The position numbers were made by a program, and so were the translations under genes. This document shows positions 60,087 through 64,000 of a stretch of DNA of 64,000 nt, in pieces. A model generated the notes under the pieces. The model was given only the letters and a program-made list of their open reading frames with translations, was not told the origin of the DNA and made no database searches. Position 1 is the stretch's first letter. Every line of letters starts with the position of its first letter. This stretch comes from Thalia democratica (taxonomy: Eukaryota): positions 14,756,001 to 14,820,000 of the forward strand of contig OZ241831.1 in NCBI GenBank assembly GCA_965202585.1. Direction: 5' to 3'.

Positions 60087-60674
60087 TTATTTTTTACAGC
60101 TCTTCTTGGTACTTGCCTTCTTAGATGCTTTTTTGGCTACCGGCTTCTTCTTGGTTACTTTCTTCTTCTTGCTTGCAGCTTTTTTAGATGCTGCTTTCTT
60201 AGGAGCACACTTTTTAGCAGGTCGCTTTTTGGCTGCTGGTTTTTTCGCTGCCTTCTTGGGAGCACACTTCTTTACTCGTTTCTTTGCTGCGGCCTTCTTT
60301 ACTGCTGGCTTTTTAGCTACTTTTTTTGTCCTCTTCTTGGGACCAGCAGCTGGCATTGGAGCAAGCTTGAACGAGCCGGAAGCGCCTTTTCCAGTAGTCT
60401 GGAGAAAAGAACCTTTGGTCACGCCGCTGGTAAGTGCTCTCTTCAAGTGAGAATTAGAAGCTGAGAGGTCAAGCTTGTAGGTGTCCGCGATATATTTTTG
60501 TATCTTCTGGCGGGATGTACCTTTTCGTTCCTTCATTGCTCCCAGGGCAGAGCTAATCATCTCCCTGTAAGTCGGGTGTTCTGCCTTCTTGGCGCTTGGT
60601 CTCTTGGAAGACCTGGCCTTGGCTGCGGCCGCCGCCGCTGCTACTGCTGGTGCTGCTACTGCTGTGGTAGACAT
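60087..60674 (-). CDS. H1: Histone H1 (unit 8)
   Basis: Protein identical to unit 1. Confidence 0.95.
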   Translation of the reverse strand: MSTTAVAAPAVAAAAAAAKARSSKRPSAKKAEHPTYREMISSALGAMKERKGTSRQKIQKYIADTYKLDLSASNSHLKRALTSGVTKGSFLQTTGKGASGSFKLAPMPAAGPKKRTKKVAKKPAVKKAAAKKRVKKCAPKKAAKKPAAKKRPAKKCAPKKAASKKAASKKKKVTKKKPVAKKASKKASTKKSCKK

Positions 60675-62360
60675 TTTGTATGTATTTTAAAGCAACCGAA
60701 ACAATACTTTTAGTAGTTACTGACTGTGACGAATTGACTGTTGAGCAGTTTTACTTTGTGAAGTACCTTTTACTGATTAATACGAGCATTATCATGTGAG
60801 TTTAAAGCGCATATGCTCATAAAAGCATAGTTATTTTTTTACGAACGTCAAAAACATTCCAGTGACAAAGAAACCAGACTTAGCCTGGTCGGAAACAGAG
60901 TTTTTTTTAAAGCTTAGCTTTAAAGGTCCAGAAAAACAGTCTAAAAGTTACAGCACACCTCTGCATTTAATAATATAAACCTCAAATGAAACAAAATACA
61001 TTACTACACATCCGGTTTAGTTTTCTTCAGCTGCAAACTTAAAACTGTAAGATTTTAGACAAGCACAAGTATTTTTTCCACTTCAAGCTTAAGTTAAGTT
61101 TTATTATTTTAATTTCATTCGGTTTTGTCAATTGTAAAACCCATTAAGTATGTTTAACTTGATTACAACTTTAACTGTGCTGGTTAGTAAAAAGTAATTC
61201 ATAAACAAACACAAGTATTTAATTTATGATACTTTACAAGTTATCATTACTTTAAGTATACTTATATTCAAAATGGCAGTACTAAACCACATAAAAAAAC
61301 TTAAGTTCATAAGTTTTGAATTTGTTCTTCCACATACTAGTAACTTCAAAAATGTTCTGAACAGTAGCCATACAAAACTTGTTAAAAAGCTAGAAACTAA
61401 TGTTTAACTTGTTATATAAAACAGTCCCAACTAGTTACTAGTATTTCACAGTTAGAAAAATTTGAAACAACTTTTTAAAACTATTACACAGTTGTTTTGA
61501 TTTTTTAACAACGTTTTATTTGTTATACTCGAAGCTGAACTAAGAACTTTTTCTTTGTAGATTTCATGAAAAGAAAGCGAACAAATGGATTTGATCGTAA
61601 CTTTCCAAAACAAGACGAAATAACTTGCACTTAAATGAATATCAGTACTGTTCACTTATGTTCAAAGAAAAGGACCGAAATTTCAATATGAAGTTTAAAA
61701 GAGTTGCTTATTTTGAGACGAAGAACTTTACTTAAAAAAAGAGGTTAGGCTAATTTTAAAAGTAACAAAAGTACAGTTCAAAAATGACTGCATAATGATA
61801 GAAGTGTTTATGTTTACTAAGTGAAGATTTGTTTAAATAAACTTTAATTGATTTACTGCTTAAAGTAGTTTCTAAGTGTAATAAAAACTAGATTCATTAC
61901 AATGTTCTGCACAATTTAGACAGTTGACTAAATGTTTTGCTGTGGTATATTTTAAAAAAGGTTGTTAAATCAACTCTAACTTGATATAAATGTAATTTCA
62001 AAATGTATTCTTTATTCTCAGGTGTTTTGAGCACTTCTGTTGTAACAACAGCATTTAAATTTCTAACATGTTAACAATTAGCTAATGTGTTTGTTTGATT
62101 TTTGTGTCTTTTCCTTTTAAAACAGGGTATTTACTTATTTGAAAACTGTACGTTGCTTTTGCACTCGTACTATCATAGCTGAACAGTTTTACGAAGCTTA
62201 CTTTGAAGCAAATAAAAAAAAAATAAGTAAAGGCAAGAAAAACTTAAATTATTTGTTAGTTAGAACAAAGTTAGCTCTAAACATAAGAAACACTTAAGCA
62301 AATAAGCTACAAGTTTCAGACAGTTCATTGGTTTATAACAACTTTTTATCGTTTTCGAAC

Positions 62361-62484
62361 GCCTACGACCATACCACACTGAACACACCCCATCTCGTCC
62401 GATCTGGGAAGTTAAAAAAGTGTCGGGCTTAAAGGTTAGTACTTAGATGGGTGACCGCTTGGGAATACCGCGTGCCGTAGGCTT
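62361..62484 (+). rRNA. 5S rRNA: 5S rRNA variant (unit 8)
   Basis: Same sequence as unit 1. Confidence 0.88.
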
Positions 62485-64000
62485 TTATTTTCAAGCACTT
62501 ATTTGTTGGATTTATTCTTCATACTTATTATGAAAGTTTCTAGTTTATCTTAAACATTTTTCAATAATAAATGACACACTAACTAGACTGTCATTTAGTT
62601 GTAGACTTATTTTGTCTGTTGCTTTCATTTTGCTATTTATATAAAAGCCATAACTTTATTTCTTAAAAGCGTTTCGTTCTGCTCTAGACTTTTAACAAAT
62701 ATAACTTGAAATAAACAGTTGCAGTAGTTTTTAGTTATCAAGTTGTCTCATACACAGTCTTCAATAAAGTTACAAAGCTGTTTACTTCTTTTCCTTTGCA
62801 TAATGTTTCAGCTATTGGTTTTTTTACGCGTTGATGTTTTATGTTAAAAATCCATAAGCAACTAAGTTTAATAAAACAAGTCTAAGATTTGTAAAAAAAA
62901 AATTCAACTTTGCTATTCATGACAGTTGTACTGAAATTGAATGCTTTTTGGTCGTTTTTTTTCTTTAGAACAATCACTGTTGTTTACATTTATTTATTTT
63001 TGAAAATACATTTTGATAAGCATGATCAGTATAATTTTCATGAATAAACCTCTACTGTTCAAGTATTTTTTAAAATAATACGAAATTTATTAAAACTAAC
63101 TGTTTTATTTTCATTCCATAATGAAATTACTTTTTATAGTGACGTAGAACAAGTTTTAAAAATAAAGTTTAGTATTTATTAAATTAAAAAAAAAGTCTAC
63201 GAAGTAAGCATAATTGAGAATTTTTTTTTTGTCTAAATAAAGAAGTTAACAAGAAAAAGCCTTTGGACAACACGTTTAAGTTAGTTGAAGCTTTTTATGA
63301 AACATCAAATTACAACTAGTTAACAAAACTTATTCCACGATTTAGGCAATACTTTCAAAACATAACTAGCTCTCTTATTAAAAGTTGCTTAGAATGTCCA
63401 GTAAAAGTACAAAGGCAATAGTAAGTATGCATATCTAGGTGACAAAAGAAAAGACAGAAAAAATATTATTTAGAAGTAAAATGTGTCATTCAACTAGCTC
63501 TAACTCTTACTTTTGATCTTTTACCACCACAAAGTTGGTTGAGTTGCACATTTTTGTTGTTTAGTTAAAGCTTGTTTAACACTGCTTAGTAGACTTTAAA
63601 GCTGGTTAAATAAGCTGGTTGTCCTGATTACATTAGATTAACTTGATAAAGCTATAAGCAATGCTAGATCAACTAAAAGATGTAAGCTTTTTAAAGTTAT
63701 AGATTCGAAATGTTCTTTTTCGTTCATGTTGTGATGCATATATGTTGTTTTTTGTTTATGTATTTATGAGTTGTAATGCATGTTTTAAATGTGTTTTAGT
63801 TAAAGTTATTTTCTGAAACGATACAACATAAATTAGACCCAAAGCTAAACTAATTTTCAACTTGATAAATCTGTGAACAATTTGAGTTCAATAAAAAGCT
63901 TTGTAAAAAGAATTCGGTTGTAATACATGATGGTTGTTGTACTGAAATTGCAGTTTTGTTGATTTTTTTATTTTGGTTTGAACAGCTTCTGTTGTTAATT

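Overview
The whole window is a near-perfectly homogenised tandem array of a eukaryotic (metazoan-type) histone gene repeat. It holds seven complete units of 8186-8192 bp plus a partial eighth; unit offsets relative to unit 1 are 0, 8192, 16383, 24575, 32762, 40952, 49138 and 57328. Each unit carries five intronless replication-dependent histone genes on the minus strand, transcribed in the order H1-H3-H4-H2A-H2B. They are packed into about 2.8 kb, and each ends in a 16-nt 3' stem-loop. The AT-rich spacer of about 5.4 kb carries one plus-strand 5S rRNA-like gene and an old, diverged ~1-kb internal triplication. The most notable observations are: (1) the 5S copy has lesions in box A and helix V that are fixed in all 8 copies; (2) a single spacer site accounts for almost all unit-length variation, with nested 1-, 2- and 5-bp deletions; (3) an extended octamer CTAATTTGCAT is shared by all four core-histone promoters but is inverted in H2B; (4) H3 and H4 carry substitutions at normally near-invariant positions, and the H1 tail contains Cys and lacks CDK sites. 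Unit comparisons were done by eye, so some variants may have been missed. No species assignment is made.
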